Program-made: the position numbers and the translations under genes
Origin: an uncultured cyanobacterium
Lineage (GTDB): Bacteria; Cyanobacteriota; Cyanobacteriia; CAKZMO01
Reading direction: 5' to 3'
Assembly (NCBI GenBank): GCA_963719515.1
Contig: CAVRCJ010000006.1
Coordinates: 192,001 to 256,000 of the forward strand
DNA: 64,000 nucleotides
Shown: positions 26,809 to 37,532 of the stretch, piece by piece
Layout of the letters: each line of letters begins with the position of its first letter
Position numbering within the stretch: the stretch's first letter is position 1
The notes under the pieces: model-generated
The model's database searches: none
Told to the model about the DNA's origin: nothing
The model's input: only the letters and a program-made list of their open reading frames with translations

Positions 26809-27267
26809 CTACGCGACGACGGTTTTGCCGGCGAAGTAGTCAGCGAGCTGCTGGGCGTGATCATGGGCTAGCTCTTCGAGCACGATGTCCTCACGCTTAA
26901 AGGCTTGAGCAACTTTAATCTCAACTTGGTCCTGCACCTTAAACTCCCCGGCCACCTCCACTTCCACCAAAACGCTGATGGCGTGAAAGCGGGGATCTCG
27001 CTGGGGCGACGAGTAGACCCCCACCAGTCGGCGAATCCCCGTGACCTCCAATCCTGTCTCTTCCGCAATCTCTCGGTGCACCGTCTCAGAAATGTCTTGG
27101 CCCCAGTCGATCATGCCGCCGGGAAGAGACCACCTGCCGCTGTCGCGACGCTGTACCAGCACAATGCGGCCATCCGCCAGAATGGGAATCATGGTGGTGC
27201 CGACGACCGGGTGTCGCAGAACGGCCCCCACGGCGGACTGAAATACATGCCAAAGCTGACCGAGCAT
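26809..27267 (-). CDS. NUDIX hydrolase
   Basis: Nudix box WSLPGGMIDWGQDISETVHREIAEETGL. Confidence 0.9.
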   Translation of the reverse strand: MLGQLWHVFQSAVGAVLRHPVVGTTMIPILADGRIVLVQRRDSGRWSLPGGMIDWGQDISETVHREIAEETGLEVTGIRRLVGVYSSPQRDPRFHAISVLVEVEVAGEFKVQDQVEIKVAQAFKREDIVLEELAHDHAQQLADYFAGKTVVA

Positions 27268-27700
27268 AGGTTAGGCGCTGATTAAAAACAAAACGAGTAA
27301 GAGCAGTCGAATGAGTCACATCCTTGAGGTTGGGGGCGATCGCGAGGGTCGCCGCCCTCATTGTGGCTAATCCTAGGGGGGGATGTCGATAGGTCTAAGC
27401 CTGCGATCGCCGCCGTCCCAGCATGTGACGATTTATTAAAAAATGAGAAATCGTTACGTTTTTTAGTAATTTGGGATGAGGGGATACAAACTGGTAGACT
27501 CACTTCGGCTTTGCCGGTTTTTTCAGCGCGTCGTGCTGGTGAACTGCTGCGAGCTGCAGCATTAATCAGAGCCTGATGCGCTGGTGTAGATTAACAAACT
27601 GTTGCAGAATTACATTGTGCAGGATTGAGCTGCATGGGGGCGTGGGAGCGTCAAACGCAGCTCCGGTGAGCTGCCTAGAGCCATGTTGTTAGGGAGAGCT

Positions 27701-28189
27701 ATGCTAAAACGATCTTTTTTATTAATCGCGATCGCTGTTTTGTTCGCGTTCCAGCTGATGGGGTCAGCCACAGCCCTTGAGCTAGACGCTGAGACGCGGA
27801 CCATACCGCTGAATGACGACGGAGAGTCGCTCGTGCTCAGTCTTGAGCAAATTACGCTGGGCAGACGGCAGTTTAATACGGCCTGCGCCAGCTGCCACCT
27901 GGCCGGCGTTACGCGCACTAACCCCAATATTGACCTGAGCCCTGAAGCGCTGTCGCTGGCAACTCCGCCAAGAGACAATATGGAGGCTCTGATAGACTAC
28001 ATCGAAGAGCCGACCTCCTACGACGGTCTCTATGACATTTCAGAGGTCCACCCGGCGATCAAGTCTTCAGATATCTTCCCGAAGATGAGAAACCTTTCGG
28101 ATGAGGATGTCAAGGCGATCGCAGGCCATATTTTGCTTCAGCCTAGGGTCAACGCTGCTCGCTGGTCAGGTGGTAAAGCTTACTACTAA
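27701..28189 (+). CDS. psbV: Photosystem II cytochrome c550
   Basis: Signal peptide, heme motif CASCH, PPRDN..ALIDY, EVHP, IFPKMRNL, GGKAYY end. Confidence 0.95.
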   Translation: MLKRSFLLIAIAVLFAFQLMGSATALELDAETRTIPLNDDGESLVLSLEQITLGRRQFNTACASCHLAGVTRTNPNIDLSPEALSLATPPRDNMEALIDYIEEPTSYDGLYDISEVHPAIKSSDIFPKMRNLSDEDVKAIAGHILLQPRVNAARWSGGKAYY

Positions 28190-28234
28190 TTTCCACTTCA
28201 GCGCCATCGATGCATAAGCATTAATACTCAGCTG

Positions 28235-28263
28235 AAACGGGGCGAAGATTCGCCCCGTTTTTT
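28235..28263 (+). terminator. Intrinsic terminator after psbV
   Basis: AAACGGGGCGAA-GA-TTCGCCCCGTTT followed by TTT. Confidence 0.85.
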
Positions 28264-28468
28264 GCTTTCTGCCTATGCGGCCCTTCTCACTTGCTTGGCC
28301 TCTTTTTTTAGGGCCTACGAGGCCCCGTCAAATCTGTTTTACACCCTGCTTCTAGCCGCCGTTGTCAGGCCTGCTGTTGACCTGCAGCAGGAGGTCAACA
28401 AGCCGGTCTTAACAGTGCTACGATTGCCACATACCAAAAAAAAAGAAAGTTAAAGGACGTAGTACGTC

Positions 28469-30619
28469 ATGTTTGAAGACATAGAGAAGTCGATATCAAT
28501 CGACGGAAGAGATATTCAGCTACGGATCAACTTTCTCGCTCCGCAGGCCGGTGGTTCGGTTTTAGTTCAGTCGGAAGGCACCGCCGTTTTAGTCACGGCA
28601 ACGCGCTCATCAGGCAGGGAAGGCATCGACTTTTTGCCGCTGCTGGTGGATTACGAAGAGCGCCTCTATGCCGCAGGCCGCATTCCGGGAGGGTTTCTGC
28701 GCCGTGAAGGGCGACCCCCCGAGAAGGCAACCCTCACCAGCCGCCTCATTGACCGCCCGATGCGACCGCTGTTTCCCCAGTGGCTGCGGGACGACATTCA
28801 GATTGTAGCTACCACGGTGTCCATGGATGAGCGGGTTCCCCCCGACGTGCTAGCGGTCACCGGCGCGTCGTTGGCGACGCTGCTGGCGCAGATTCCGTTT
28901 AATGGGCCGATGGCGGCGGTGCGAGTTGGGCTATTGGGCGACGACTTTATCATCAACCCCACCTATGAAGAGGTGGAAAAGGGTGATTTGGACCTGATCG
29001 TGGCGGGGTCTCCCGACGGCGTGATCATGGTGGAAGCCGGGGCCAACCAGCTTCCCGAGCAGGACGTCATCGAAGCCATTGACTTTGGCTATGAGGTGGT
29101 GCGCGATTTGATTCAGGCGCAGCGCGACATTATCGAGGAGCTAGGGCTGAAGCCAGTGACGGCGGAGGCGCCCGTGGCGGACGCGAAGCTAGAGGCGTTC
29201 ATCAGCGATCGCGCTACCGAGGACGTCAAGCAGGTGCTCAGCCGCTTTGAGCAAACCAAGGCCGATCGCGACGGGGCGCTAGACGAAATTAAGGCCAAAA
29301 TCAGCGGCGCGATCGCTGAACTCCCTGAGACTGACCCCATCAAAGTGGCGGTGGCGGAAGATGGCAAAGCCCTAGGCAAATTGTTCAAGAGTCTCACCAA
29401 GTCCCTGATGCGTAAGCAGATCGTGGACGACGGCGTGCGGGTTGACGGCCGCAAGCTCGATGAGGTGCGTCCCATCCGCTGCCACACCCACGTGCTGCCG
29501 GACCGGGTGCACGGGTCTGCCGTCTTTCAGCGGGGGCTTACTCAGGTGATGTCGATTGTTACGCTGGGCACCCCCGGCGACGCTCAGGACATGGACGACC
29601 TCCACCCCAACGACTCTAAGCGCTACCTGCACCACTACAACTTCCCCCCCTACTCCGTCGGTGAAACCAAGCCGATGCGATCGCCCGGGCGGCGCGAAAT
29701 TGGTCACGGCGCGTTGGCGGAGCGAGCGATTATGCCCGTGCTGCCGCCGCAGGAAGAGTTTCCCTATGTGGTGAGGGTGGTGTCAGAGGTGCTGTCCTCC
29801 AACGGCTCTACCTCCATGGGCTCGGTGTGCGGCTCCACGCTGTCGCTGATGGATGCAGGCGTACCGCTAGCCAAGCCGGTGAGCGGCACCGCCATGGGCC
29901 TGATCAAAGAAGGCGACGAGGTGCGCATCCTCACCGATATTCAGGGCATTGAGGACTTTTTGGGCGACATGGACTTCAAGGTGGCGGGCACCGACGGCGG
30001 TATCACCGCGCTACAGATGGACATGAAAATCAACGGCCTGCCCATGTCGGTGATTGCCGACGCCATCAACCAGGCCAAGCCGGCCCGCATGCATATCCTG
30101 GAGAAGATGCTGGCGACGCTGCCCGAGCCCCGCGAGGAGATGTCTCCCTACGCGCCTCGCCTGCTGACGATGACCATTGCCCCCGACCTGATCGGCATGG
30201 TGATTGGCCCTGGCGGCAAGACCATTAAGGGCATCACGGAGCAGACCGGTGCCAAGGTCGACATTGAGGATAGCGGTCTGATCACCATTTCCTCCGTCAA
30301 CGGCGACAACGCCAAGAAAGCCCGCAGCATCATTGAGGGGATGACCCGCAAGCTGTCGGCGGGCGACGTCTATGTAGGCCGGGTAACGCGCATCATTCCT
30401 ATCGGAGCCTTTGTGGAGGTGCTGCCCGGTAAAGAGGGCATGATTCACATCTCTCAGCTCGCGGACTACCGCGTGGGCAAGGTAGAAGACGAAGTTGCAG
30501 TGGGCGACGAGGTGATCGTCAAGGTGCGGGAAATCGACAACAAGGGACGCGTGAACCTCACGCGGCTCAATATCCATCCCGATGAAGCCGCCGCTGCTCG
30601 GGCCGAAGTCGAAAGCTAG
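28469..30619 (+). CDS. pnp: Polyribonucleotide nucleotidyltransferase (PNPase)
   Basis: [40 protein letters not shown] and S1 domains. Confidence 0.98.
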   Translation: MFEDIEKSISIDGRDIQLRINFLAPQAGGSVLVQSEGTAVLVTATRSSGREGIDFLPLLVDYEERLYAAGRIPGGFLRREGRPPEKATLTSRLIDRPMRPLFPQWLRDDIQIVATTVSMDERVPPDVLAVTGASLATLLAQIPFNGPMAAVRVGLLGDDFIINPTYEEVEKGDLDLIVAGSPDGVIMVEAGANQLPEQDVIEAIDFGYEVVRDLIQAQRDIIEELGLKPVTAEAPVADAKLEAFISDRATEDVKQVLSRFEQTKADRDGALDEIKAKISGAIAELPETDPIKVAVAEDGKALGKLFKSLTKSLMRKQIVDDGVRVDGRKLDEVRPIRCHTHVLPDRVHGSAVFQRGLTQVMSIVTLGTPGDAQDMDDLHPNDSKRYLHHYNFPPYSVGETKPMRSPGRREIGHGALAERAIMPVLPPQEEFPYVVRVVSEVLSSNGSTSMGSVCGSTLSLMDAGVPLAKPVSGTAMGLIKEGDEVRILTDIQGIEDFLGDMDFKVAGTDGGITALQMDMKINGLPMSVIADAINQAKPARMHILEKMLATLPEPREEMSPYAPRLLTMTIAPDLIGMVIGPGGKTIKGITEQTGAKVDIEDSGLITISSVNGDNAKKARSIIEGMTRKLSAGDVYVGRVTRIIPIGAFVEVLPGKEGMIHISQLADYRVGKVEDEVAVGDEVIVKVREIDNKGRVNLTRLNIHPDEAAAARAEVES

Positions 30620-30636
30620 ACCTGAGCCTTGCACCA

Positions 30637-31143
30637 ATGCCTTCCAACGTGACGCAGTATCTACTGCTAGAGAACCTCATCTTCCTGAGCGTGAGCACCC
30701 TGTTTTTGGTGGCCGCGGGCTACGCCTGGCGAAATCTAAAGCCGTTCGCGTTGCCCAAGCCGCTGCCAGGGTGGTTTTTCCTTTGGTTTGGGTCGGTTCA
30801 GATCTTGGGAGGCATTGTCCCTATTCTTGTTTTGATCTGGGGCATTTGGCAGCGAAACGCCCTAGTTGTGACGGTGCTGGCCCCATTTTTGATTCTGCTG
30901 GGGCTACAGGTTTTAGCGGAGAGCGTGACGCTGAGGCGATCGCAGTCGGTGATCTGGGTAATGGTGCCCTATCTCTATTTGCCCTATCGAATCTGGCAGC
31001 TGTGGGAGGGGTGGCTTTGGCTTGATGACCCCACCTCTAGCTGGCTGGGATGGCTGCTGGCTTTTGAGGTAGGGGTGTGGACCCTCAACTACCTGCTAGA
31101 TCTAGCCCAGCTGCCGCGCCTGCTTCGATGGCCCGAGGCATGA
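30637..31143 (+). CDS. Hypothetical membrane protein
   Basis: 168-aa ORF with several hydrophobic helices, 17 nt after pnp. Confidence 0.75.
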   Translation: MPSNVTQYLLLENLIFLSVSTLFLVAAGYAWRNLKPFALPKPLPGWFFLWFGSVQILGGIVPILVLIWGIWQRNALVVTVLAPFLILLGLQVLAESVTLRRSQSVIWVMVPYLYLPYRIWQLWEGWLWLDDPTSSWLGWLLAFEVGVWTLNYLLDLAQLPRLLRWPEA

Positions 31144-32477
31144 TTTCAAAGCTCAGGCGGCAACGGTGCCTGTTGCTTATCGCCATCGCCGTAGTCTTAG
31201 CGGCTTGCCACCCCCCCAATCAGCTCTTTGCTGACCAGCCGCTGCAGGCGGGCGAGCCGCTCAAGATCGGCGTCATCGTGCCTGAAACGGGGACATACGC
31301 CAAGATTAGTCTCCCAATCATCGATGCCCTCCTGCTGATGCGCGACACGGTTAACGCCTGCGGCGGCGTCAACCGGGCTCCCATTTCTTTAGTCTTCTAC
31401 GACCACGAGGCCGAGCGCCAGACAGAAGCGACGGGGATGCGTCACCTCGTGAACGATGTCGATGTTCACGGGATTGTTGCGGCCCTCATAGAGCCGCTGT
31501 CGATCGATACTCTGGCGATCGCCTTAGACCGTGACGTCAGCGTCATTTCTCCCACCACAACGGCCACGGTGCAGCCCAAGCGACGCCTATCTCTCAGAGG
31601 ATGGGGGCAGCTCAGCTTGACCGAGACGCAGCAGGGGCGGGCTTTAGCCAAGCTGGCGATCGCTCAAGGCTGGCAGCGGGCTGGCCTTTTAGTGAGCGAT
31701 ACCGATAGCGGCCTGCGGTTTGCGCGGGCGTTTACCCCTGTGTTCGAGTCCTTAGATGGCGTTGTGGTCAATAATGGTCCCATGCTTGCTCCCGCTGAGC
31801 CGCTGATGGAGTCAGAAAGTGGCTCGTTTTTCTCTACTGCCGCCCCCAGTGAAGAAAGCGATGCCGCAGCCGCAGACACCAGCGATGCCGTAGCCTTGGC
31901 GCGCACCGTGGACGTACTCGTTGCGTCCTTGGATGGTCCCCAGGGCTATAGTCTGTTGAAGTCTGTCGTAGAGCAAGCTCCCGGTCTCCCTGTCCTGCTC
32001 ACTCACTCCCAAGCGCTCGCTATTTTTGGTGAAGGGCGCTTTCAGCATCTCGACCCCAATCGACCTTATGTTCTCAGTGGTGCTATGGGGCTGCTCCCTC
32101 CTGTCGATACCGATGTGCTGCAAACCCTTGCCTCTCGCTGGCAGGACGCAGACAAGTTCCAGTGGGGGGAATATGTGCCGCAGGCCTGGGATGCCGCCAC
32201 CTTGCTGGTGCTGGCGGCGGAAGCGGCTGGACGCAATTGGAGGTCTGGCATACAGGAAAGATTAAAAGAGGTCGCTAATCCTCCTGGGGTGAGGGTCACG
32301 CAGGTCTGTGAAGGGCTTACGCAGCTTCGCAAGGGGGCTATGATTAATTACCAGGGTGCCAGTGGCACCGTAGATCTGGGGACGGAGGGCCAGCTTTCCG
32401 TTACATCCCAATACCGCCGCTGGCAACTCTCGGCCTCAGGTAAAATTCGCTGGGGAGACAGCATCACGCTGAGGTGA
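31140..32477 (+). CDS. ABC substrate-binding lipoprotein (LivJ/NatB-like, type I periplasmic binding fold)
   Basis: Lipobox LAAC, LKIGVIVPETG, VNACGGVN, WDAATLLVLAAEAA, INYQGASG; ATGA overlap with the previous gene. Confidence 0.8.
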   Translation: MISKLRRQRCLLLIAIAVVLAACHPPNQLFADQPLQAGEPLKIGVIVPETGTYAKISLPIIDALLLMRDTVNACGGVNRAPISLVFYDHEAERQTEATGMRHLVNDVDVHGIVAALIEPLSIDTLAIALDRDVSVISPTTTATVQPKRRLSLRGWGQLSLTETQQGRALAKLAIAQGWQRAGLLVSDTDSGLRFARAFTPVFESLDGVVVNNGPMLAPAEPLMESESGSFFSTAAPSEESDAAAADTSDAVALARTVDVLVASLDGPQGYSLLKSVVEQAPGLPVLLTHSQALAIFGEGRFQHLDPNRPYVLSGAMGLLPPVDTDVLQTLASRWQDADKFQWGEYVPQAWDAATLLVLAAEAAGRNWRSGIQERLKEVANPPGVRVTQVCEGLTQLRKGAMINYQGASGTVDLGTEGQLSVTSQYRRWQLSASGKIRWGDSITLR

Positions 32478-32529
32478 CTGGCTCGAACTGAGTGGCGTTC
32501 TCGACACTATACTGCGACGACAGACAGCA

Positions 32530-34740
32530 ATGAAACTTCCATTTAAACGCGACTCATCCTCTGCCGAAGCGGATCAAAGCCAGGGACTAGGCACGTTTGG
32601 TGGGGTATATACGCCATCGATTCTGACCATCCTGGGCGTCATCATGTACCTGCGGTTTGGCTGGGTCGTGGGCAATGTGGGGCTGATCGGAACGCTCTTG
32701 ATCGTGACGCTGTCTACGTTGATCACTTTTCTGACATCCCTCTCCGTTTGTGCGATCGCCACCGATCGAGTGGTGCGGGCTGGGGGAGCTTACTATATGA
32801 TCAGCCGCTCCCTGGGCATTGAGACGGGCGGGGCCGTTGGCATTCCTCTCTACTTTGCTCAAGCGCTCTCTGTCGCCCTATATACCATCGGCTTTGCCGA
32901 GAGTGTGGTTCAGGTATTCGGCCAGTTCAACCAAACGTACGTCGCCCTGGTCGTCACGATTCTGGTCGCGGTGCTGGCGATCACCTCCGCCAGCGTCGCC
33001 ATCAAGGCCCAGTACTTCATCATGGCCGGCATTGTCCTATCTCTAGTTTCGTTTGCGTTTGGGCATCCCGTAGAGAACACAAATATCGAGATGTGGGGAG
33101 CCGCCGATCGCTATTCGGAACCCTTCTGGACGGTGTTTGCGGTATTCTTCCCGGCCGTCACCGGCATTATGGCGGGAGTCAACCTGTCGGGGGATTTGAA
33201 GGACCCCGTAAAATCCATTCCCACGGGAACTCTGGCTGCAGTCGGCACCGGCTATGTGATCTACATGGTGCTGCCTGTCCTACTGGCAATGCGAGCCGAT
33301 GCCAGCACTCTGATTGCAGAGCCCTTGATCATGCAGGAGATGGCGCTCTGGGGTCCGGCGATTTTGGTGGGGGTTTGGGGGGCAACTCTATCTAGCGCCA
33401 TCGGCAGTATCCTGGGTGCGCCCCGCGTGCTGCAGGCGCTTGCCCGCGACGGGGTGCTGCCGCGCTCGATGCGTTTTTTGGGACAGGGCAGCGGCAAAAC
33501 CGACGAGCCCAAGATCGGCACTGCCGTAACCCTGGTCGTCGCCGTTGCCGCCGTCTGCATCGGCGATCTGAACCTAATTGCCCCGGTTCTAACCATGTTT
33601 TTCCTCACGACCTATGCGGTACTCAACATCGCCGCAGGGGTAGAGGGATTTCTGCAAAGCCCGTCCTACCGCCCAACTTTTCAGGTGCATTGGGCCCTCT
33701 CTCTATTGGGGGCGGTGGGCTGCCTGGCGGTAATGTTCTTGATCAATGCGATCGCCACCGTCGTAGCTGCGGCAATTGTCTTTGGCATCTTTCTGTGGAT
33801 TCAGCGGCGGGAGCTTCGGGCCACTTGGGGAGATGCCCGTCGCGGCATCTGGATGGCGCTGATGCGTACCGGGATCTTACAGCTGCAGGAGACCCAAGAA
33901 GATCCGAGGAACTGGCGGCCCCACATTCTGGCGCTTTCGGGCTCTCCAAGCCGCCGCTGGTCTTTGGTGGAGCTGGCTGATGCGTTTACCCATAACCGAG
34001 GTCTGATCACGGTCTCTAGCGTTTTGCCCAGAGGATCGCGGGACGTTGGCCAGCAAACCGCCATGGAGAAAACCATTGTCGAATACTTAGAGCGGCGCGG
34101 CGTTAGGGCTCTGGTGCGCATTGTCACAGCCTCTGACCCTTTTGAGGGGGCGCTCCAGCTTGTGGAGACCTACGGTATTGGTCCTCTAGTCCCCAACACG
34201 CTCGTCTTGGGCGATAGTGAGGAAGTCAGCCGCCGCGAGAGCTATTGCCGATTGATTTCTCAGGCCCACAGCGCCAAGCGTAACGTGGTTATTTTGAGGG
34301 AGTCTGAGCGCGGGTTTGGCGCTCGCCGTCGCATTGATGTGTGGTGGGGGGGCCGCCAAGCCAACGGGGGGCTGATGCTGCTGCTTTCCGATTTGCTGCG
34401 CAACAACATCGAGTGGCGAAACGTCGATATTTTTCTCAAGCTAGTGGTTCCCAATGCCGCCGCCGCTGAGTCTGCCGGTTCCAATCTGACAGGGCTAATT
34501 CAAGATTTGCGGGTAGATGCCACAACCCAAGTTATCGTATCGGGCGATCGCCCCTTCGACAAAATTCTGCATGAGTCGTCGGCCCAGGCGGATTTGGTCT
34601 TCCTCGGTATGGCAATTCCGATGGATAACTACAGCAGGTACTACGAGGGGCTGCAGCAGCTTGCCGCAGGATTGCCCACCACAATATTTACGCTCGCAGC
34701 GGACGACTTCTCGTTTACTGAGGTTTTGGCAGAGAAGTAG
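32530..34740 (+). CDS. Cation-chloride cotransporter (SLC12/CCC-like, APC superfamily)
   Basis: LGTFGGVYTPSILTILGVIMYLRFGWVVG, GGAYYMISRSLG, FFPAVTGIMAG, NWRPHIL. Confidence 0.9.
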   Translation: MKLPFKRDSSSAEADQSQGLGTFGGVYTPSILTILGVIMYLRFGWVVGNVGLIGTLLIVTLSTLITFLTSLSVCAIATDRVVRAGGAYYMISRSLGIETGGAVGIPLYFAQALSVALYTIGFAESVVQVFGQFNQTYVALVVTILVAVLAITSASVAIKAQYFIMAGIVLSLVSFAFGHPVENTNIEMWGAADRYSEPFWTVFAVFFPAVTGIMAGVNLSGDLKDPVKSIPTGTLAAVGTGYVIYMVLPVLLAMRADASTLIAEPLIMQEMALWGPAILVGVWGATLSSAIGSILGAPRVLQALARDGVLPRSMRFLGQGSGKTDEPKIGTAVTLVVAVAAVCIGDLNLIAPVLTMFFLTTYAVLNIAAGVEGFLQSPSYRPTFQVHWALSLLGAVGCLAVMFLINAIATVVAAAIVFGIFLWIQRRELRATWGDARRGIWMALMRTGILQLQETQEDPRNWRPHILALSGSPSRRWSLVELADAFTHNRGLITVSSVLPRGSRDVGQQTAMEKTIVEYLERRGVRALVRIVTASDPFEGALQLVETYGIGPLVPNTLVLGDSEEVSRRESYCRLISQAHSAKRNVVILRESERGFGARRRIDVWWGGRQANGGLMLLLSDLLRNNIEWRNVDIFLKLVVPNAAAAESAGSNLTGLIQDLRVDATTQVIVSGDRPFDKILHESSAQADLVFLGMAIPMDNYSRYYEGLQQLAAGLPTTIFTLAADDFSFTEVLAEK

Positions 34741-34819
34741 TGCTCATTTGCTTGAGCGCGAACGCTACAGCGCCACAGAATCAGGTGCTGTCCAGTTTTG
34801 ATAATCGGCTTGCCTTTGT

Positions 34820-35284
34820 TTAGCGAGACTTGGGCGTAAAAACGGCGAGTTCTGAAGGGCTATACTCAATTTCAACTGCGTCCTTGGATTTGAGCGCGGG
34901 CACGGGCGGCGCGATGATCTCTAGCGTTGACGCGTCTTGGAAGTTGCGCCGCTTGGTCTCGGGATGTGGGTAGTAAATTAGGCTATCGTAGGCGCTGCTG
35001 TCCGCCAGAAGGCGACAGCGGGAAAACGAAAAATCTTCCGGGGGATGGCGATCGGTCCAGGTGACTTGGCGAAACGTCCACTCGGGGTTGAGGATGCGGT
35101 AGGCCTGCGGCGCGATGGAGACGTTGATCGTTCCTTGAAAGAACTCCGACAGGTCTAACCCCAGCCGCTTGAAAATCGGACGCTGCATCTCAATGGTGCC
35201 GCGCGGATAGGGGCCGTTTGCCGCGCGGCCCGACGCCACGCCGTGGCCCCGGCAAACCATCCCCGCGACGCACTGACTCGGCAT
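34820..35284 (-). CDS. Hypothetical protein, CTP-dependent riboflavin kinase-like
   Basis: GMVCRGHGVASG, GTINVSI and LEIIAP motifs. Confidence 0.6.
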   Translation of the reverse strand: MPSQCVAGMVCRGHGVASGRAANGPYPRGTIEMQRPIFKRLGLDLSEFFQGTINVSIAPQAYRILNPEWTFRQVTWTDRHPPEDFSFSRCRLLADSSAYDSLIYYPHPETKRRNFQDASTLEIIAPPVPALKSKDAVEIEYSPSELAVFTPKSR

Positions 35285-35913
35285 TAGCCCTGCTGCGCCA
35301 GATGCTCAAAGACGCTCTTATCGCCGATGTCGGGAGGAATGGGCTGCAGGACTTTGCGAACGGCAAACACCACTAGCAGCGCAGCGATCGCCACCAGTAA
35401 AGAGCGCTCGACCTGAGGAGTCCAAATTCCTGCCATATGTCCCAAAAGCAGAGCCGGAACTAGGGGCGTGAGAAACTTGGTTTCCAGACGGTCAAAGCAG
35501 AACGCCTCTTTGACAAACAGGCCCACCAGCGCCGCAAAAGTGAACCCCACCCCCCACAGAGCCATAGGCTGCCGGTACACCAGCAGCGCTAGCGGCTCAG
35601 GCTGCATCAAGCTTAACCCAATAGACGCTGTCATCCCTACCAGCAAGAAGAGCTGCAGGGCACGGTGCAGTGGCTTGAGATAGATATGAACGGTAAATAG
35701 ACTGATGGCTAAGGCCACGCAAAGGCAGGCGTATAGGACTGTTACGGCTAGGGCTGCAGTCTCACCCTGCCAGAGCACGAATCCGGTTGCAAAGGCAAAG
35801 CAGGCGGCAACGACGGCTAAACCGCCGCGATACACCTTCACCTCAAGGCGATCGCGATCGTTGATGGTGAAGTTACCAAACTGTCCTTGGTAGACCAACG
35901 GTTGAGACGTCAT
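35284..35913 (-). CDS. DUF2301 membrane protein
   Basis: VYQGQFGNFTI, HIYLKPLH, KEAFCFDRLE, DIGDKSVF. Confidence 0.85.
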   Translation of the reverse strand: MTSQPLVYQGQFGNFTINDRDRLEVKVYRGGLAVVAACFAFATGFVLWQGETAALAVTVLYACLCVALAISLFTVHIYLKPLHRALQLFLLVGMTASIGLSLMQPEPLALLVYRQPMALWGVGFTFAALVGLFVKEAFCFDRLETKFLTPLVPALLLGHMAGIWTPQVERSLLVAIAALLVVFAVRKVLQPIPPDIGDKSVFEHLAQQG

Positions 35914-36185
35914 AACCTATTCACCTGCAGTTACTTTACGCCAGCTCTACATCCAGCATACTCTCTAGCTAGATCTCTGCCCATCAAAAGCAAATCGTCT
36001 ACAGGCAGGTAAAATATAAAATAATGCTTAAGATACGGGTAGAGGCGGCAGCAGACTGTCTCTATATTGCCAAGCTTGAGGCATCGGCAGAGCGCCTGAT
36101 GGGTCAACTAGAGTCGATATTGGAGGGAGCTTGGTCAATCTCAACCGCTTATGCATCAGGCCATGTGATAGTTTGAGAACCGCTC

Positions 36186-37355
36186 ATGAAGGCACCACTG
36201 TCGTCCCGACAAACTGAATCAGCGCCCACCGCGCTCGCCCTAGATCTAAAGCTGCTCCTCTTTGTCGACAAACGACCTCAGTCGAGCGAGCGTATTCGCC
36301 AGATACGACATTATCTGAAGCACCGCGCCGACAGCGATCGCTGTGAGCTTCAGGTCATCGACGTCGGGGAACAGCCCCACTTGGCAGAGCATTTTAAGCT
36401 AGTGGCAACGCCTGCGCTGGTCAAGTCTGCCCCCAAGCCGCAGCAAATGCTGACCGGCACCAACCTGGTGGAGCAGCTTGAAACTTGGTGGTCTCGCTGG
36501 CTTCCCGCAGATGAAGCGGAGTCTAACGGCGCGCCGGTTCAGCTTGCCCAAACCTCAGCTCAGCCGTCGATAGCCCACGAGGCTGAGCTTATTCGCCTGT
36601 CGGACGAGCTGTTTCAGGTGACGCAGGAAAAAGCGAATCTAGAAGCTCAGCTGCAATTCAAAGATCGGCTGATTGCTATGTTGGCCCACGATTTGCGCAA
36701 CCCGCTAACGGCGCTTTCAATTGCCCTAGAAACCCTAGAGATGGGGTTCGAGAGCGACAGCGCCATCTCTCCCCTAAAGCCTGAGCTACAGGCACAGCTG
36801 CTTCACCACGGGCGCACCCAGACCAAAGCAATCGACCGCATGATTACCGATATCCTACAGGCCGCTCGAGGGAGCCATGCCCGCTTCCAGATCAATCCGG
36901 TGCCTCTCGACTTTGCGGCGCTGCTCATCAATATTATTGACCGGCTGCGGCGACAGTTTCACGGCAAATCCCAGCAGGTTGAAGTGGATGTCCCGACTGA
37001 CCTTCCTCAGGTGCATGCCGACCCAGAGCTGGTGCGCCAGCTGGTCATCAACCTGCTCGACAACGCCACCAAGTACACGCCTGAGGGAGGAACCATCAGC
37101 ATCAGCGCTCTGCACCGAACAACCCAGAAGATTCAGGTGAGCATCTGCGATACGGGACCGGGCATCCCGGAGGAAAATCAGCAGCGCATTTTTGAAGACC
37201 GCTTCCGCCTTAAGCGAGATGAAGCAAAAGACGGGTACGGGATCGGGCTTTCGCTCTGTCAGCGTATCGTTACGGCGCACTATGGCCAAATTTGGGTGGA
37301 CTCTGAACCTGATCAGGGAAGCTGCTTTCACTTCACGATGCCGGTATTTCGGTGA
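36186..37355 (+). CDS. sasA: Circadian output histidine kinase SasA
   Basis: KaiB-like N-domain (LLLFVDKRP, HFKLVATPALVK), H-box MLAHDLRNPL, HATPase domain. Confidence 0.93.
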   Translation: MKAPLSSRQTESAPTALALDLKLLLFVDKRPQSSERIRQIRHYLKHRADSDRCELQVIDVGEQPHLAEHFKLVATPALVKSAPKPQQMLTGTNLVEQLETWWSRWLPADEAESNGAPVQLAQTSAQPSIAHEAELIRLSDELFQVTQEKANLEAQLQFKDRLIAMLAHDLRNPLTALSIALETLEMGFESDSAISPLKPELQAQLLHHGRTQTKAIDRMITDILQAARGSHARFQINPVPLDFAALLINIIDRLRRQFHGKSQQVEVDVPTDLPQVHADPELVRQLVINLLDNATKYTPEGGTISISALHRTTQKIQVSICDTGPGIPEENQQRIFEDRFRLKRDEAKDGYGIGLSLCQRIVTAHYGQIWVDSEPDQGSCFHFTMPVFR

Positions 37356-37532
37356 CATCCTCTCCATCCGGTCGCTAGGCGATACGGATGGAGCTTCCTT
37401 GGGTCAATCCGCGCGACGGTCACGTTAAAACGGTAGTCCTCTAAGGTCCGCTAAGCTCAAATGTGTGGTTTGCACAGACTGCAGTCTCTCCAGGAAAATA
37501 GTTCAACCTTAGGCCAACTACCCTATTCTTTA

